A stretch of 64,000 nt of DNA from the human T2T-CHM13v2.0 reference genome, Homo sapiens, in NCBI RefSeq assembly GCF_009914755.1, contig NC_060929.1; one strand, given 5' to 3'. The notes beneath the pieces were generated by a model. That model was not told the origin of the DNA and searched no databases. It saw only the letters and a list, made by a program, of their open reading frames with translations. Numbering within the stretch: position 1 is the stretch's first letter; each line of letters starts with the position of its first letter. Made by a program: the position numbers and the translations under genes. Positions 38,671 through 53,399 of this stretch are shown here, one piece after another.

Positions 38671-39026
38671 CCGCTTATTCCTTCCCTCAGGCTGTCCCAT
38701 GCCACCGTGCTCTCTGAGTTGCCTGGTCTGAACATTATCTCCCCTACTGTCTAGTATAGGACACGGCACCAAGACTGACACTAAGATTTTGTATCTGCTT
38801 ATTTGGAACTTGTGGGTATTTGATTAGGGCTGGGCAAATTTACTTCTGACCTATTTGAAAGAAAGAGTTTGCCAATGACTACCGTAATCATGTAGAAGAA
38901 ATCTAGCAAAATCCACACACCTACCTATCAATGCCTCCAGAGATCCAATATGTGTTGAAAGTTTGCTATTCCTAGGACATGGTGCCAAGGACTGTGAGAT
39001 TAGATGCATGTATGGGCATAGAATGT

Positions 39027-39173
39027 AAAAGGGAGGGAGGGAGGGAGGGAGGGAGGGAGGGAGGGAGAAAGGGGGGAAGAAGGGAAGGGGGAAGAGAGGA
39101 AGGAGAAAAGGAAGGAAGAGAAGGGAAGGGAAGAGAAGAGAAGGGAAAGGAAGGGAAGGGAAGGGAAGGGAGA
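39027..39173 (+). repeat. Pure polypurine tract, (GGGA)n/(GGGAA)n
   Basis: 147 consecutive purines. Confidence 0.95.
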
Positions 39174-40325
39174 TAGAAAAGAAAGACTAAATTAAGTAAT
39201 AAATATATAAATATTACAGAAGGGCCAAAAGAGATGCATAGTAGAAAACTCTCACACCTAAATGGAACATTGGGACAGAATCCAAGAAAACTTCCTGGAG
39301 GTGGTAGCATCTGAGATAGGCTATGAAGGAGAAGAAGAATTTGCACGTGTGAAGATATAAGTGGGAAGAGCCTTCTGGTAAGAGGTTAACAGTAACAGTT
39401 TTACTAAAACAGCTAAAATTCACTCTTTCTCCTATTTATTATAAGTTAATGGAATTATAAAACATATTTTAAATATATAAAGCAGATTTCAGTTGCTGTA
39501 TTTGGGCTATGCACTTATTAGCTCTCATTTGGAAATAGTGGACTTTAATATTTCTTGTCCAAGCTGGATAAAAAATGTTCCAATTATTCAGTGTATATAA
39601 TGCCTCAAAGCCTTCATAAAAAGAAAGCATTCCAAAGTAAATCCAGAATGTGCTTCCTGTTCTGCAGAAAAAAACTGTCCTATCTGCCTCCTTCCCAGAC
39701 ATCTCTGCATTTTAATTAAATCATGAATATTATGAAAAGGAACCAATATTCTGATATGAAACAATATTTTAAAAGGATTGCTGTGACTCTGATATCTATT
39801 TTGGCCTTAGAGCCTTCCCCAGGATTAGGCAGCATATTTCTTCTTGGACAGATGAGAATGTTAGAGGATTTGAAAGGAACGCAGCACATGAATCCAGGTG
39901 GCAAGATCTTAGTTTTCTGACCTGTAGGCTAACACTTAGAGATACAGAATAGGCATTTGAGTAAGTGGTTTTAACTTCTTTTCAAGAAAACACTTTTAAC
40001 TCAGTTTTCCTCTTGATTCTGAGAGGCCATAATAGTAAATCTTTTAGGAGGTAGCAGAGGAGAAAATGTTGTACCTGTTGTTCTTACAGTAAGGGGCCAG
40101 ATTTGCTCATTCAGCGAGGACCTTCCCCTGGGCGTGTCACACTGCTCACAGCAGCCTGCATGAGAGTTCTGTTTGGCCTGCAGAGTATTGTATTTTCTAA
40201 TTCAAACTTCATGCCTTTAAACAGGGTATGTACTCATCAGTTCCTCTACATCTGGATTACATCTGGAGAGATTTACACAATTACCTTCCCCTTTGCTGTT
40301 TCAGTCTATGAGCTTTGCTTTATGG

Positions 40326-40561
40326 CAGGGTTTCTCAACCTCAGCCCTATTGATATTTTGGACAAGGTAATTGTTGTGTGCTTGTGTGGGGGAGATGGGT
40401 CTGTTTGAGGATGTTTAGTAGTGTCACTGTGCTCTACCCAATAGAGGCCAGTAGCACACTTCCCATCCCCCAGTCAGGACAATCCAAAATGTTTTCTGAC
40501 ATCAGTGAATATCCCCGGGGGTGCAAAATTACCCTCCCACACCCTATATTGAGAATCACTG
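40326..40561 (-). mobile_element. MER20 hAT-Charlie DNA transposon
   Basis: cagggtttctcaacctcag...ttgagaatcactg terminal inverted repeats; degenerate 8-bp TSD ctttatgg/ctttacag. Confidence 0.9.
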
Positions 40562-41044
40562 CTTTACAGCAATACGGCCTCAGAGACCTGGGCTGTGATA
40601 ATGGACACATTAATTGCATATTAGGCAGCATAACGAGGGTAAATAATATTTTGATTAGAATAAAGAAGAACTAAGATCTGTGTGTAATTCTTTATACCTT
40701 AGTTTCCTCACCTCATTCTCCCACAGGTCTAGTATACAAATCAAAACAATCTAGCATATGAAACAATATTTGTAAATGTGTTTTGAAAACTTAACTATAT
40801 AAGGTTGTTGCCATTTGGTCTTACCTAGCTCTTTAGGCATCCACTGATACCAGCACATTGAAAAATAGCAGCTCTATTCCAGGATAAATCATTTAAACTA
40901 TAAGGCATTCCATAAACCAAGTACACTGACAAGGAGTTGAACTTAGCAGTAAGAAATACCAGTTTGGGCAGTAGAATGAATTTTCTTGGAGTATCCTGTC
41001 TTCTTGGTTTTTCTTGCTGATTGGAAAGCTAGTATTCTTTCATT

Positions 41045-41880
41045 TACTTAATCATGCATTTATTCAATATGTATTTGCTAAGCATTAGCATACACCAGGC
41101 ATGGTGCTGGGCACTAGGAATGCTTACACAACTTGTAGTTGTATATCAGCAAGTAGTTGTAGCAGACATGTTAGATATAATCCTGTCTTCATGCAGAGTA
41201 TGGACTAGTAGAGAAAACATACAAGGAGCAAGAAAATTATAATGCATTTGGTAAGTGTATGATGGAGAACATTCAGGACCTTCTACAAGGGCCACAAAGC
41301 TCAGAGTTCAGGGTTAAGAAAGGCTTACTTGGGAAAATGAAACCAAAACTGAGATTTGAATGATGAATGGGGGTTGCCAGAAAAAGAGAGAGTGAAAATA
41401 TTTCTGGCAAAGGAGACAGTATGTGTGTAGTGCTGGAGGTGAGGGGATATGGCATTAGAGGACACATGGAGCAGAGAGTACGTGAGGAGAATGGTGAGTG
41501 AGGCTGGGGGTATCCTAAGAAAATGAAACCTAATGAAGCTTTTTGGGAGGCGAGTGACATATGTACACACTGGAGATGCTACTCTGGATACAGTGTGAAG
41601 AATAGACTGGAGGTGGTCAAGACAATAAGGAGAGGGGGAGTAAGCCAAAGAGGCTGCTCCAATATCCAGAGAAGAGAAGATGGTGTCCAAACTAAGATAG
41701 TGGCAATGGGGTTGGAGCGAGGTTGAGGGATTGGAGATACTGACCTATTTAGAGAAAAGAGGGAAAATGACATATGACTTAGTGATAGAGTGCATGAGTA
41801 TGAGTGTTGAAGGAAGTTAGGAAGGCAGAGCCAAGAATGATTCTTGGGTGTTTGGGAGGGCTTTCGGAGGAAGAAACTGG
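41045..41880 (-). mobile_element. L2
   Basis: accaggcatggtgctgggcactagg, gaggctgctccaatatccag, ccaagaatgattct. Confidence 0.75.
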
Positions 41881-41909
41881 AGTTTACTACAGCCATTGCT
41901 ACTATTGAC

Positions 41910-42158
41910 AAAAATGAAAGAGTTTATGGGGTGCCTGCTGGGTGCGGGTCCGTGAGCTAAATGCCAACAAGCATTATCTCCTTTAAATCTTGTAACATCC
42001 CTGTGAGATAGGATGTATTATTCTCAGGACCCCCAGGCTCAGAATAACCTGATCAAGGACCCACACCTGGTAATAACAGGTTCCTGATTCGGGCTGGAAT
42101 CAAACCCAACAGACTGACTCCCGAGTCAGGTTGTTAAGCCTGCTCTCTTAACTACCAC
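41910..42158 (-). mobile_element. MIR
   Basis: ccctgtgagatagg...gctggaatcaaaccca...ctgactcc...gctctcttaactac. Confidence 0.7.
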
Positions 42159-42351
42159 ATAGAACCATTATTGATTCCCTTGAATGTTTACTTTCTGGGT
42201 TTAAATCATAGGTTTTCTGGTGACTAATGATAGTTTTGGAGGAACCATTCAATCATTTAAACTCTTCAAATCTCAATTTCCTCTGCCAAAATCTAGGTAT
42301 TGGAATATCTCCTTCAGAGGGCCCATGGAGTGAGTAAGTTAGTGCTAACAT

Positions 42352-42610
42352 TAATAATGACAGAGCAAGCATTTATTGAATGCTGACTGTATTCCATGCT
42401 GCATTGTAAATTCTTTACATGTATTAGCTAATTTAATCCTCACAAGAGCCCTGGATGTAGCTTCAATTATTATCCCTATGTTACAGATGAAGAAACTGAG
42501 GCACAGATACATTAAATGCCATACTCATATAGCAGATTTGCTGGAATGCAAACCTGGGTGAGACTTTCTGGAACCTGTGCTCTTCACTATGGTGTCATGC
42601 AGCCTCTGCT
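42352..42610 (-). mobile_element. MIR
   Basis: catttattgaatgct...tttaatcctcacaa...ttacagatgaagaaactgaggcacaga. Confidence 0.85.
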
Positions 42611-43122
42611 AAGAAGTGAGACCTTAGAAAGTGTTTGACACACCAAGAGCCTAGCACCTGGAATGTTGGATGTGCTCAGCGCTGACCATAATTTTTCTTC
42701 AATTTTAAGTTTATCAACTTTTCAATAAGTGTCAGGCACCGTATTAGACAAATAAGAAAGATATGGCCCCTGTCTTAATGCCTTTCTTGGACTGCTAGAA
42801 AGCCATTTCTAATCATGATTTTTTTTTGTATCATCAAGCCTCCCTTGCCCATGAGAAGTTGGGAAATGTCAGCAGTTTCTGAGGAAGGCTTTAGAGAAGA
42901 CCAGGGAAGCCAGGCTTCATCAAGAGCCAAATACATGGCCTGAACCACTCTGCTGATGTGATTAGCCTGGGTGTTGGCCAAAAGACCACACCAAGGCCCT
43001 TGGTGGGCTACTGTCTTTCCTCCTTTAATATTTGTGCATTTAATCACCACCTAGGTTAAAGAAAACAGCTGATTGATAAAATAGAGGTAGAAAATGCTAA
43101 CATCTGCTAGACGGTCAGGAGG

Positions 43123-43592
43123 TTTTTATTTTTAATTGAGAAAAAGTTGTCTACATTTACGGTGTACAACATGGTGTTTAAAAATATGTACACATTTTGA
43201 ATGGCTAAGTTAATTAACATACACATTATCTTACATACTTATTATTTACTTATAAGAACACTAAAAATCTACTCAGCAATTTTCCAGTATACAATACCTT
43301 GTTATTGACTACAGTTACCATGTTGTACAGTACATCTCTTGAATTTATTCCTCCTATCTGAAATTTTGTATCATTTGTATCCTCAACCTCCTCTTACCCC
43401 AACCCCTAGTAATTATCAGTCTACTCTCTGGTTCTATGTGCTTGACTTTTTTAGATTCCACAGATGTGAGATCATCTGGTATTTGCCTTTCTGTGCCTGT
43501 CTTGCTTCACTTAACATCATGTCCTCTAGATTCATCAGTGTTGTCACAAATGACAGGCTTTCTTTCTTTTTCCAGGCCAAGTAATATTCCCT
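43123..43592 (-). mobile_element. L1MA (L1MA8-like) 3' fragment
   Basis: ggtgtacaacatg, aaaatctactc, ttagattccaca...gtgagatcat, gttgtcacaaatgacagg. Confidence 0.88.
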
Positions 43593-44237
43593 TTGTTTTT
43601 CCACCAGAAGGGATATCAGAGAGAGACTCTAATCCCTTAATGCCACAGGGGAACCTGAGTGGTGGAAACATTAAGTGGTAAAGTGGAAGAGGAAACTTCC
43701 ACATAACTTCATTCTGTCTGTTTTCCTTTCTGTACCCCACTTTCTCTGTCTATAAGTGGGCAGATCTTCTAAAAAAGATCTCCCAGTTTCCTTCAAAGGA
43801 AATTCCCTCAAATTCCAATATGCTATGAATCTAAGTGTTTAATCGCACAGTTACCTATTTGTTCATTAACATCATGTGGGTAAATAATACTTGGATTAGG
43901 TGTAAGAAGTCCTAATTAATTGTTCATGTTTGTTGATGATGTAGAGACAACTAGCTGTCTGTAATTTTCTTCCACTTGCTCTGACATCGTGTCTGTAGAA
44001 CTGGAGCCTAGAACCCTCTACAGGTGTTTATTGCTCTTCCCAAAGATGAAATATAATCTTTGTGTGCACCCAGGTGTAAATAATCTTTTTAGTAAACACA
44101 TGGATCTGATGGCCATTTTAAGCTCATTTAGAGAGAGTTTACTAAACTTAGCAAATATTAAATATTAAAAAAATAATGATCCGGGTGGTAGAATGATGAG
44201 TCATTTTTATTTTCTTGTTATCTGTTTTCATTAGTAT

Positions 44238-44482
44238 CACAGCTAACATTTACTTAGCATTCACTCTGTGTCAAGCGCCGTGCTTTGTGTCGATTATTTT
44301 ATTTCATCCTCCTGACAAGCCTATGAAGGAGAAACTACTACTTTCCCATTTTACAGAGGAGTAAAGTGAAGCTAAATCAAATCAAAATAAAGTTATGCAG
44401 TCTATTCAAAGTGACACAGAAAGTCGTTTCATTGGGATTCAAACCCAGGCCATCTGTTCATAGGTCATTCTCTTAACTATGG
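44238..44482 (-). mobile_element. MIR
   Basis: agctaacatttact...cccattttacagagg...gggattcaaacccagg. Confidence 0.8.
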
Positions 44483-45489
44483 TAAAGTCTTTCTAATGCC
44501 CTCAAGTTTCTGTTAGAAACACAAAGAGTATTACTTTATGTGAAAAAAAATGTAAGTTTTTAAACAGTAATATCTGAGTTGTTTTTAAAATAAAGTTTGT
44601 TATTTATTTTTTCTGTTTTAGTTTCATGAATTTGGTTTAAACTGCTATTAAATAGCAATATTTTTAAAAGACATCTTTGGCATGCTGTAAGATACTTTTT
44701 AGAAAAATATTCTCTCAGGTACACCTGATGAGAAGCTGCGCTTTACATGAATCATTGACTGAAGAAAGAAAAGGAATATACATTCTGAACCATGTGTGAA
44801 TAATAAGCTGTAAAAAATTGCCATCAGTTTTCCTTGGAAAATAGGCACTTAATATCAATATTTGGAAATCATTACTGCTTGAATATCATTGGTATAGACC
44901 TGCCAACATAAAATTACCTGGTATATTTGATTAATGGTGTAGAGTGAGAAGCACACATGGACAAACGACTGTGCCATAATTTTGGGAAAGGTTGCTTTAA
45001 ATCGTAATCAGAAAAATCACTCATGAAACAATAGATGATAATGACCCTTAAGAAACAGCTGATACAATTATGGAAATATCACCCACAGTAAAAAATAAAA
45101 TGAAAAAACAACAGATCTTATGTTCCTTTAACTATAAGCTGAAAGGACATGGTCAGGTCTAAAGGCTGCCAAATTTAAGTGATCTCAACAATGCCTTGAA
45201 AATTGCTTTTGGGCGCTGAACAAAACTGTAACATTTACAAATTCCAGTGGTGATCCTGGGCAAAGATAGCACAGTGAACTTCAGACCACAGACAGCATTT
45301 TACTATGAGAGGTGAGGTATGAAGAGCTCTACGTCAGAAGCGAAAACAAAACAAAAAGAGTTGAGTTTAGAGGTGAGGTTTAATTTTCACAATACAAGTA
45401 TAAGGAAGATTACGTTACTGAAAATTCTCCACTGAGGTGAAATGCCCTAGGATTTAGGTCCTAAAACATCAGAGTACTTCCATCCTTAG

Positions 45490-46360
<871 letters not shown>

Positions 46361-46992
46361 AATTCAATATTCTTACCTGCAACCAAATTGGTATAAAGTT
46401 ATTTATACACTCTTTTTTAAAGCTCTATATGATAGACTAAAAATAAATATACTAAGAAAAAGGCGTAATCCTTACTTGAAACCTTGAGCAAAAAACCAGG
46501 AACCACCCCACAATGTCCATGTGCTTAATTATTTATTCTTGGCTTTTAAATTCCATTAACTAATAGCATAGGCAGTAAGTAGGATGATGCTGAGCCTGCT
46601 TAATGAGCAACATTTACAAAAAGGCAAATGCTCTTCTCACACACCCTGGGCCCCAGCTTCAAGACAAATCCGTCTAGAGAAGCTTGGTGTCTGGATTTGC
46701 CTGAGCCAAATGTTTTACCAAGAACAAGGCCAATGACCCACCACCCTTGGCACAGTGGTAGCAATAGAACTGGTTAAGCCTTATCTGTCTTTTTTTTCCT
46801 GTAGCTGATACTATTGTCGGACTACCTTGAATCACATCCTCATTCCTTGCTGCAAAGCCGAGATTTTGTTGTGGCATCCTCCACTCAGGCATGATGATCC
46901 TATACCAAACTCAGATGCAAGCCCATTTGTATAAAGCTAGTTAGGCTAATCCCATTCTCCTTGCCAATGGATGGTTTAGAAGTGGGCATCTG

Positions 46993-47082
46993 CTGTGAAG
47001 TGGAGATTGCAGTGGTCCGAGATTATGCCACTGCACTCCAGCCTGGCGACAGAGCGAGACTCCGTCTTGAAAAAAATAAAAT
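46993..47082 (+). mobile_element. Alu 3' fragment (about 90 bp)
   Basis: gccactgcactccagcctggcgacagagcgagactccgtc plus A-tail; perfect 14-bp TSD gaagtgggcatctg (46979-46992 and 47083-47096). Confidence 0.95.
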
Positions 47083-47380
47083 GAAGTGGGCATCTGACTT
47101 AGACTGTGGCAAAGGGGACATCAAAAGAAATTTTCTAGGGATATCTGATGGAAAAGTTTCCTTTATTTAAAAAAAAAAAATCAGAATGTCCTTTCGCTTG
47201 ACATTGTTGGTTTATGTGAGTATGACGCCCAGAATTGTAGCAGTTGTCTTGGGACCAAGCTGACATTCCAAGGACAGCAAGGCAGGGAGATGGAGAGGAT
47301 CTGAGTCCTCTATGCTGTGCTTCACCTAGGGAATTTATCAGCTCTGGGGGCTCCCTGCCTCATGACTTATTATGTGAAAA

Positions 47381-47959
47381 ACTGGATTATTGCAATAACC
47401 TTTCAACCGATTCCTGCTTCTGACAGTGGTCCCTTAATTGAGCTGCTGCTAGAAAGAGCGTTTTTCAACTAGTGGCTCTCTATTTCATTCAGGCAGGAGT
47501 CCAGCTATTTATAATGGTTTATAAGGTCCCCATCTTGCATCTGTCTGCCATCATCTGTCTCCATCTTTCACAACTTCCTCCTTTGCCTACTCAACTTCAG
47601 ACACACTGGCCACAAGTCCAGTCCTTAAACATACCAGATAAGCCCTTGCCTCAGGGCAATTGTACTGGCTGTTCCCTCTATCTGGAACTCTCCTCCCCAG
47701 ATATTCACAAGACGATATTTTTTTTTTGCCTTCTTCAAATCGTTGCTCAAATGTCATCTTTTGCATGAAGTCTTGACCATCCTATTTAAAAGAGAACACC
47801 ATATCCCTGAACCCCATATTGGTTTATTTTCTTACATTGATAGCCTCATATTTTATATTCCACTTGTTTATTACGTCTATTGTCTAGCCCCTCCACTATT
47901 GAATCTCCAGTGCCTAGAATGCCAAGCACATAGTAGGTGCTCAGTAGATATTTGCAGAA
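47381..47959 (+). mobile_element. L2 3' region
   Basis: ctggattattgcaataacc, tgcctcagggc..ctgttccctctatctggaa, gcacatagtaggtgctcagtagatatttg. Confidence 0.8.
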
Positions 47960-48574
47960 GAGATCATTCTTTTACTGTTCCAGATATTTTGATAGCAGTT
48001 TTCTGTTGGAGCTGAAAGCATCTTGAAAGCATGATGGATTTCCCTTGAGTTGCCTTGGTGTCCTATGCCCTGCATTTTCAAGACAGTCAACCATGTCTTA
48101 AACTCACAGTCAGTGCATCCAGGGGAAGATGAGCAGTAAAAAAATTTCTGGTGTAGGATTCAAAACTTTGCTTTCTGGTCTCTATAAGACATTGGACAAT
48201 TTAAAACTTATCTCTAGCTGCCTTAATCTCCTCATATCTATGAAGAAAATTAGGTCTACTATCTATAATATCTAAACTAACTTTTTGTCTGCAATGTGGG
48301 ATTATAAGACTGATTCTAGTTATGTCCTATGGGTTATAAGATGTATATGACCCATATATGTTAAAAGTAGAAAAGTCCTGTGTATCTGTAATGAATTGTT
48401 TTGAATGAACATTTTTATTCTCTAAAAATATCCATTATTGTTGTATTAGTGGTAGTATTGATGTTTTTTGGTTAGTTGACATTTATTAGTTACTGAAGGC
48501 TATTTTCAGTCAATAAATATTTATTAAGCCCCTGCTTGGTGTCAGGTTACTTTCCAAGATTACTCAATCACAGT

Positions 48575-48792
48575 AGCTGAGAATAACAACTCTGAGGTCA
48601 GACTGGTGTGTAAATGGATATGTTGTTAAACTTTCTGAGTCTCAATTTCCTCCACCGTAAAATGGGCTTAAGCTGGCACCTGCCTCATATCTTAGTGTTG
48701 CAGCAAAGGTGGAATGAGATAACGTGTTGAAAGCAGTTATTAAGGAGTCTGATCTCGTAAAACCTGATTAAATGGAATTATCATTATTATTA
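48575..48792 (+). mobile_element. MIR
   Basis: ctctgaggtcagac...tctcaatttcctc..gtaaaatggg...aatgagataa. Confidence 0.7.
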
Positions 48793-49009
48793 CTCTACCC
48801 TGACCAGGTATTGTGCAGCACTTTCAAAGATCTTATTAACATATCCTTTCATCCTCCCAAGCTGGCAATCACCCAGGGAACCTGAGCAAATAGCACAAGA
48901 GAATAATTGAACCATGAATAAAATGTGGGTCTGTGTACCCAGAAGTCCTAGCTAATTCCTGTTTCTACTTTAGGTCTCATATTGGCTTCCAATCTAGCCA
49001 GTCTTACTC

Positions 49010-49235
49010 TAGCAAGCCTTCCCTGCTCTGTTCCTAGTGTGGGTTGGGTGACTTACTCTTTTTCTAGCACTTTCCACAATCACACTGGATTGTCATTAAA
49101 AACCATGTGGTGATGTCCTCAGGAAAGTGTACAGTGCTTAATGGAGGGGAGCAACAGGGTTTTGTCCATGACTGGCCTCATCGTCCAGCCCAGTGCCTGG
49201 CACATACTAGGTGCTCCATAAATATTTGTTAATTA
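49010..49235 (+). mobile_element. L2 3' end
   Basis: cagtgcctggcacatactaggtgctccataaatatttgtt. Confidence 0.75.
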
Positions 49236-49815
49236 AACACATTTAAAGTGATTGGCATTAGGGAAAGGGTGAAATAAATAGCCATGGAGTTTTTTTCTCC
49301 TTCTTGGCTAGGAAATATTTAATTACCTAATGCTTACAAAGAGAACAGGATGTTTGCCTTCAATGTTATGCAAAGAACCCGCTTCCCTTCCTCCAGAGCT
49401 CACTTCTCACCAACTCACCTGCAGAGTACAGCAAGCCTCCTCATATCAAGACATTCTCCATCACAGCTGAGAAAAAATGCTTTCATCTTGCACAACTTGT
49501 TCATAATCACTCCAATTTTTCTTCTGGCAGATTGGAGCGCCATGCAAAGTGAAGTTGCATAGGAAATCCCCCTGTAGCCTACTAGGTGCAGAGAAGAGAT
49601 CTCCACTTCTTTTTCACACACAGAGGGAAGGTTTTCACTCCCTTCAGTGCCCGAGGCAGAGAACTTGGCTGCACAGTATCTCACATTTATTGGCATTCTG
49701 GTTTCCTTTAAATGCACTCAAAACACCTTCAGATTTTCTATCTTCTCTGCTCTTAGAATTGCCCTCTGATGTAAGGAAAGAAAGAATAGAATTTCTCAAT
49801 GTGTCTCTTGGATCA

Positions 49816-50278
<463 letters not shown>

Positions 50279-51499
50279 TCAGTATCCTGCCTAAGGTCAC
50301 TAAGTGGGTAACTGAACCAAGTTTAAAGTGAGAGATTATCTGATTACAAATTGGTGCCTAATTAAAAATCCTCTTGAGTTGTTGATTTAGAAAGCTTCTG
50401 TCCAAAAAGACAGGATTCCTTCTGCCTGAAATGGGAATTCTTTTCATTGCCAGCCCTTCACCCTGTATTCAGGAGCGGGAAGAGCAAGGCAAGTAGGGCT
50501 CCATTTTCTATCATTTAGGCTAAGATCTGTGGGGTGAAGTTATAATTATTGTAACTAAACATCTAAACATCTAAGAAAGCGTATTTGTCAATCACTGACA
50601 TCTTTCTATAAAATGAGGTGAAGGCTACAAGTCTTTTTACTGCTTTGAGACAACCCAGTTGGTTTTTATTTATTTATTTTTTTTCTGGTGACAGCAAAGA
50701 GTCACAATCACTGAAGGGAAGCTGAAAAATCATTCTTATAATCTCGAATTTCTTAAACATCCATGCAAAAGGAAACATTACTGCAAATGTTATAGTTAGA
50801 GGATTCCTCTTTGCAAGGAAGTCACAGTTGTTGGCTTTTACTTTAGGGTATATGAAATACACCTCACATCGACAGTCAAATTGATGTTTTTCTCTCATTA
50901 GAAAGCAGAATCGATAGAGTACCTCATCCTTCCCTCTACATGAGTGATCTTTTCAGAGGGAGGGAAGGAAAAAATGTGATGCCCATGTAGCAAAACAGAA
51001 TAAATGCCACAATTATTTCCCATGAATAAGATGAAGTGACCTATGTTGACAGACATCAAAGAACTGCAGAGTGAGGAACAAACAAAGCACCCTAGAATTG
51101 CAGTATCAGAAAGAAAATGGTTATATGCTGTAGCTGGGATAAAAACAGAAACTGCACCAGATAATTCTTTTTCCCTTGTACAAAATCAGACACCAAGTCT
51201 CAAGAAGTTATCTGATATCGAGTGGGAAATTTTTACCATATAAAGTACTTCTAATGAGGAAATAATGTAAAATTTCATGCAATGAAATCATATGTTATAT
51301 GAAATATGCCTGCTAAGCAAATCAAATACAAGCATTGCACATGGTAAATCAGAACTTTTAAATGTGTAAGTGTCTTGCAATAACTCAACTAAGTCAAGAA
51401 TGTTTAGATGGCATCCTAACCACCAGCATAACAGTGTAAGTTTAGGTCATCAACAAATTGTTTGTTGACTGCATGTCCACATGATCTGCATAAGTTATG

Positions 51500-51925
51500 T
51501 GATCTCATTCAGTTCATTGGTGCCAAATACCATCTGCATGCTGAGGCCTCCTCAGGTTCTATCTCTATCTCTGAGATTGTCTCTCTAAGACATATATATG
51601 ACTCATATATATACATACAACTTCCTTCTTGATGTTTATACCTTTGTACCTCATAGCTACTTCCTATTAATTGTGTTCAAAATGAAGCTCATGATTTTTC
51701 TCCCCAAATATCTTTCTTTTTCAGGTTTCCCAGTGTTAGTAACGGTGTCCACCAACCACCCAATTGTTCAAAGCTAAAACCTGAAAACTATCTTAATTCC
51801 TTAGTTTACTTCTCCCCTAAAATCTAGCCTATTGCCTCCAAAACATGCCTGGAGCCTGTTATCTCTTCATCTGCACCTTCTCCACTCTAATAAAGCCACA
51901 TTGTCTCTCATCAGACTTCCTATAA
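51500..51925 (+). mobile_element. L2 internal fragment
   Basis: aataccatctgcatgctga, ccaccaaccacccaattgttcaaagc. Confidence 0.65.
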
Positions 51926-51974
51926 AGCCCAAGGAATACTATTTTTGAGAATGTGTCCCAGGGATATAATCACA

Positions 51975-52210
51975 GTAGCTAATCATGATTAGTGAATAAT
52001 GTCTATGTGTTATGTTGTTTAAAATATTTCTAATTATATTATCATAAGAATTCTTCAATAGCTTTATTATCCCAATTTTACATATCAGGAAATAGAATCA
52101 TGAAAAATTTGAGGTAACTTACTCCATTCCCATAAGTAGTGAAGCTAAATTTGAACCAGGTATTTTTAACTGTGCAACATATGCTCTTAATCACTATATC
52201 ACACTGCGTT
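51975..52210 (-). mobile_element. MIR
   Basis: ttattatcccaattttaca...tttgaaccagg...tgctcttaatcactat. Confidence 0.65.
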
Positions 52211-53126
52211 TCCTGGATAAATGTAAAGATTTTACTATTAGGTGTTCATAACAATGTTATAAATATTGAAAATCTAGGTAAATAAACTAGGGTATATGTA
52301 CCTCTTATTGTATGAAAGATGATCCTATATATTGTTAAGTAAAAACATCAATTTACAAAATAGTATTTCCATTATGACTCCATTTTGGTAAAAAAAAAAT
52401 TGATATTGTCTGGTGTAAACTAACCAATTCCTTGCACAGTATTTGACACACAGTACTTGTTTCTTGAGTGAATCAATTAATGATCATATATGCATAATCA
52501 AGAGGTTAGAAAAATATAAACTTTTAACAGTGCTGATCTGTGGGTTGTAGGTTTATGAATGACATTTATTTTCTGATTTTTATTGGTTAAATTTAAACTT
52601 TTCTACACTGAGAATATATTGTTTAAGTAATCAGAAAAATAAAAGAATAAACATTATGTTTTTAAAAATTATTTAAGGTTTGTCTTAAAATGGTTTCTTC
52701 CCACAAGTCTATTTTGCTCCACCAAATTTTGTGTGATATTCCTACCTCTTTGGTAGTCCGAGCATTGTAGTCTTTAGCCTAAGCACTTTTATCTGTAGCT
52801 CATTTTACCTTGTGTTCTATTTGATGTGATGCTTTACTCTTCTGGGCCATGCTCTGTCTCCTCTTCAGTGGTGCATTTCTTGAGAGCTTGGACTATATTT
52901 GATTTATCTTTACAACCCTCTCACTTTCTGAGACAGTACCCTGGATATAGTAAGCACTCACTAAATGCTTATTGTTGAACTCACAGTATCATTCATTTAA
53001 AGTCCTATAGAATAATTTGACATGTGAAGAAATTCTAGTCTGCTACTTGATACCCAAGATGCACATAAGTATCTTGCACCAAGATGCAATTTGAACATCT
53101 TATAACAATCTATTGGTAATGGCCTG

Positions 53127-53350
53127 ATATATATATATAATACATATATATTACATACATATGTATTATATATGTATAATATATAATATGTAATATTGTA
53201 TATTGTATATGTATTATATGTATAATATTGTATATTGTATATTATTATATATGTATAATATTGTATATTATATATTATATATGTACAATATACACATATG
53301 TATGCATAAATATAATATATACATATATGTTATACATATATGTATGTGTG

Positions 53351-53387
<37 letters not shown>

Positions 53388-53399
53388 ACACCCACACCC
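53127..53399. repeat. AT-rich (TA)n-derived tract followed by (CA)n
   Basis: About 220 bp of tata/tgta variants, then an acacac run. Confidence 0.92.

Larger units (their letters stand above)
46890..48025 (+). mobile_element. MLT1J-like MaLR LTR split by an Alu fragment and an L2
   Basis: taatcccattctccttgcca..ggtttagaagtgggcatctgac, ggaaaagtttcc, ttattatgtga; 3' end ttttctgtt..gctgaaagcatc at about 47960-48025. Confidence 0.65.

Noticed and set aside
38972-39346. 124-aa Pro/Ser/Leu-rich ORF and the opposite-strand Gly/Arg/Glu ORF
   Set aside because: Both are translations of the polypurine tract.
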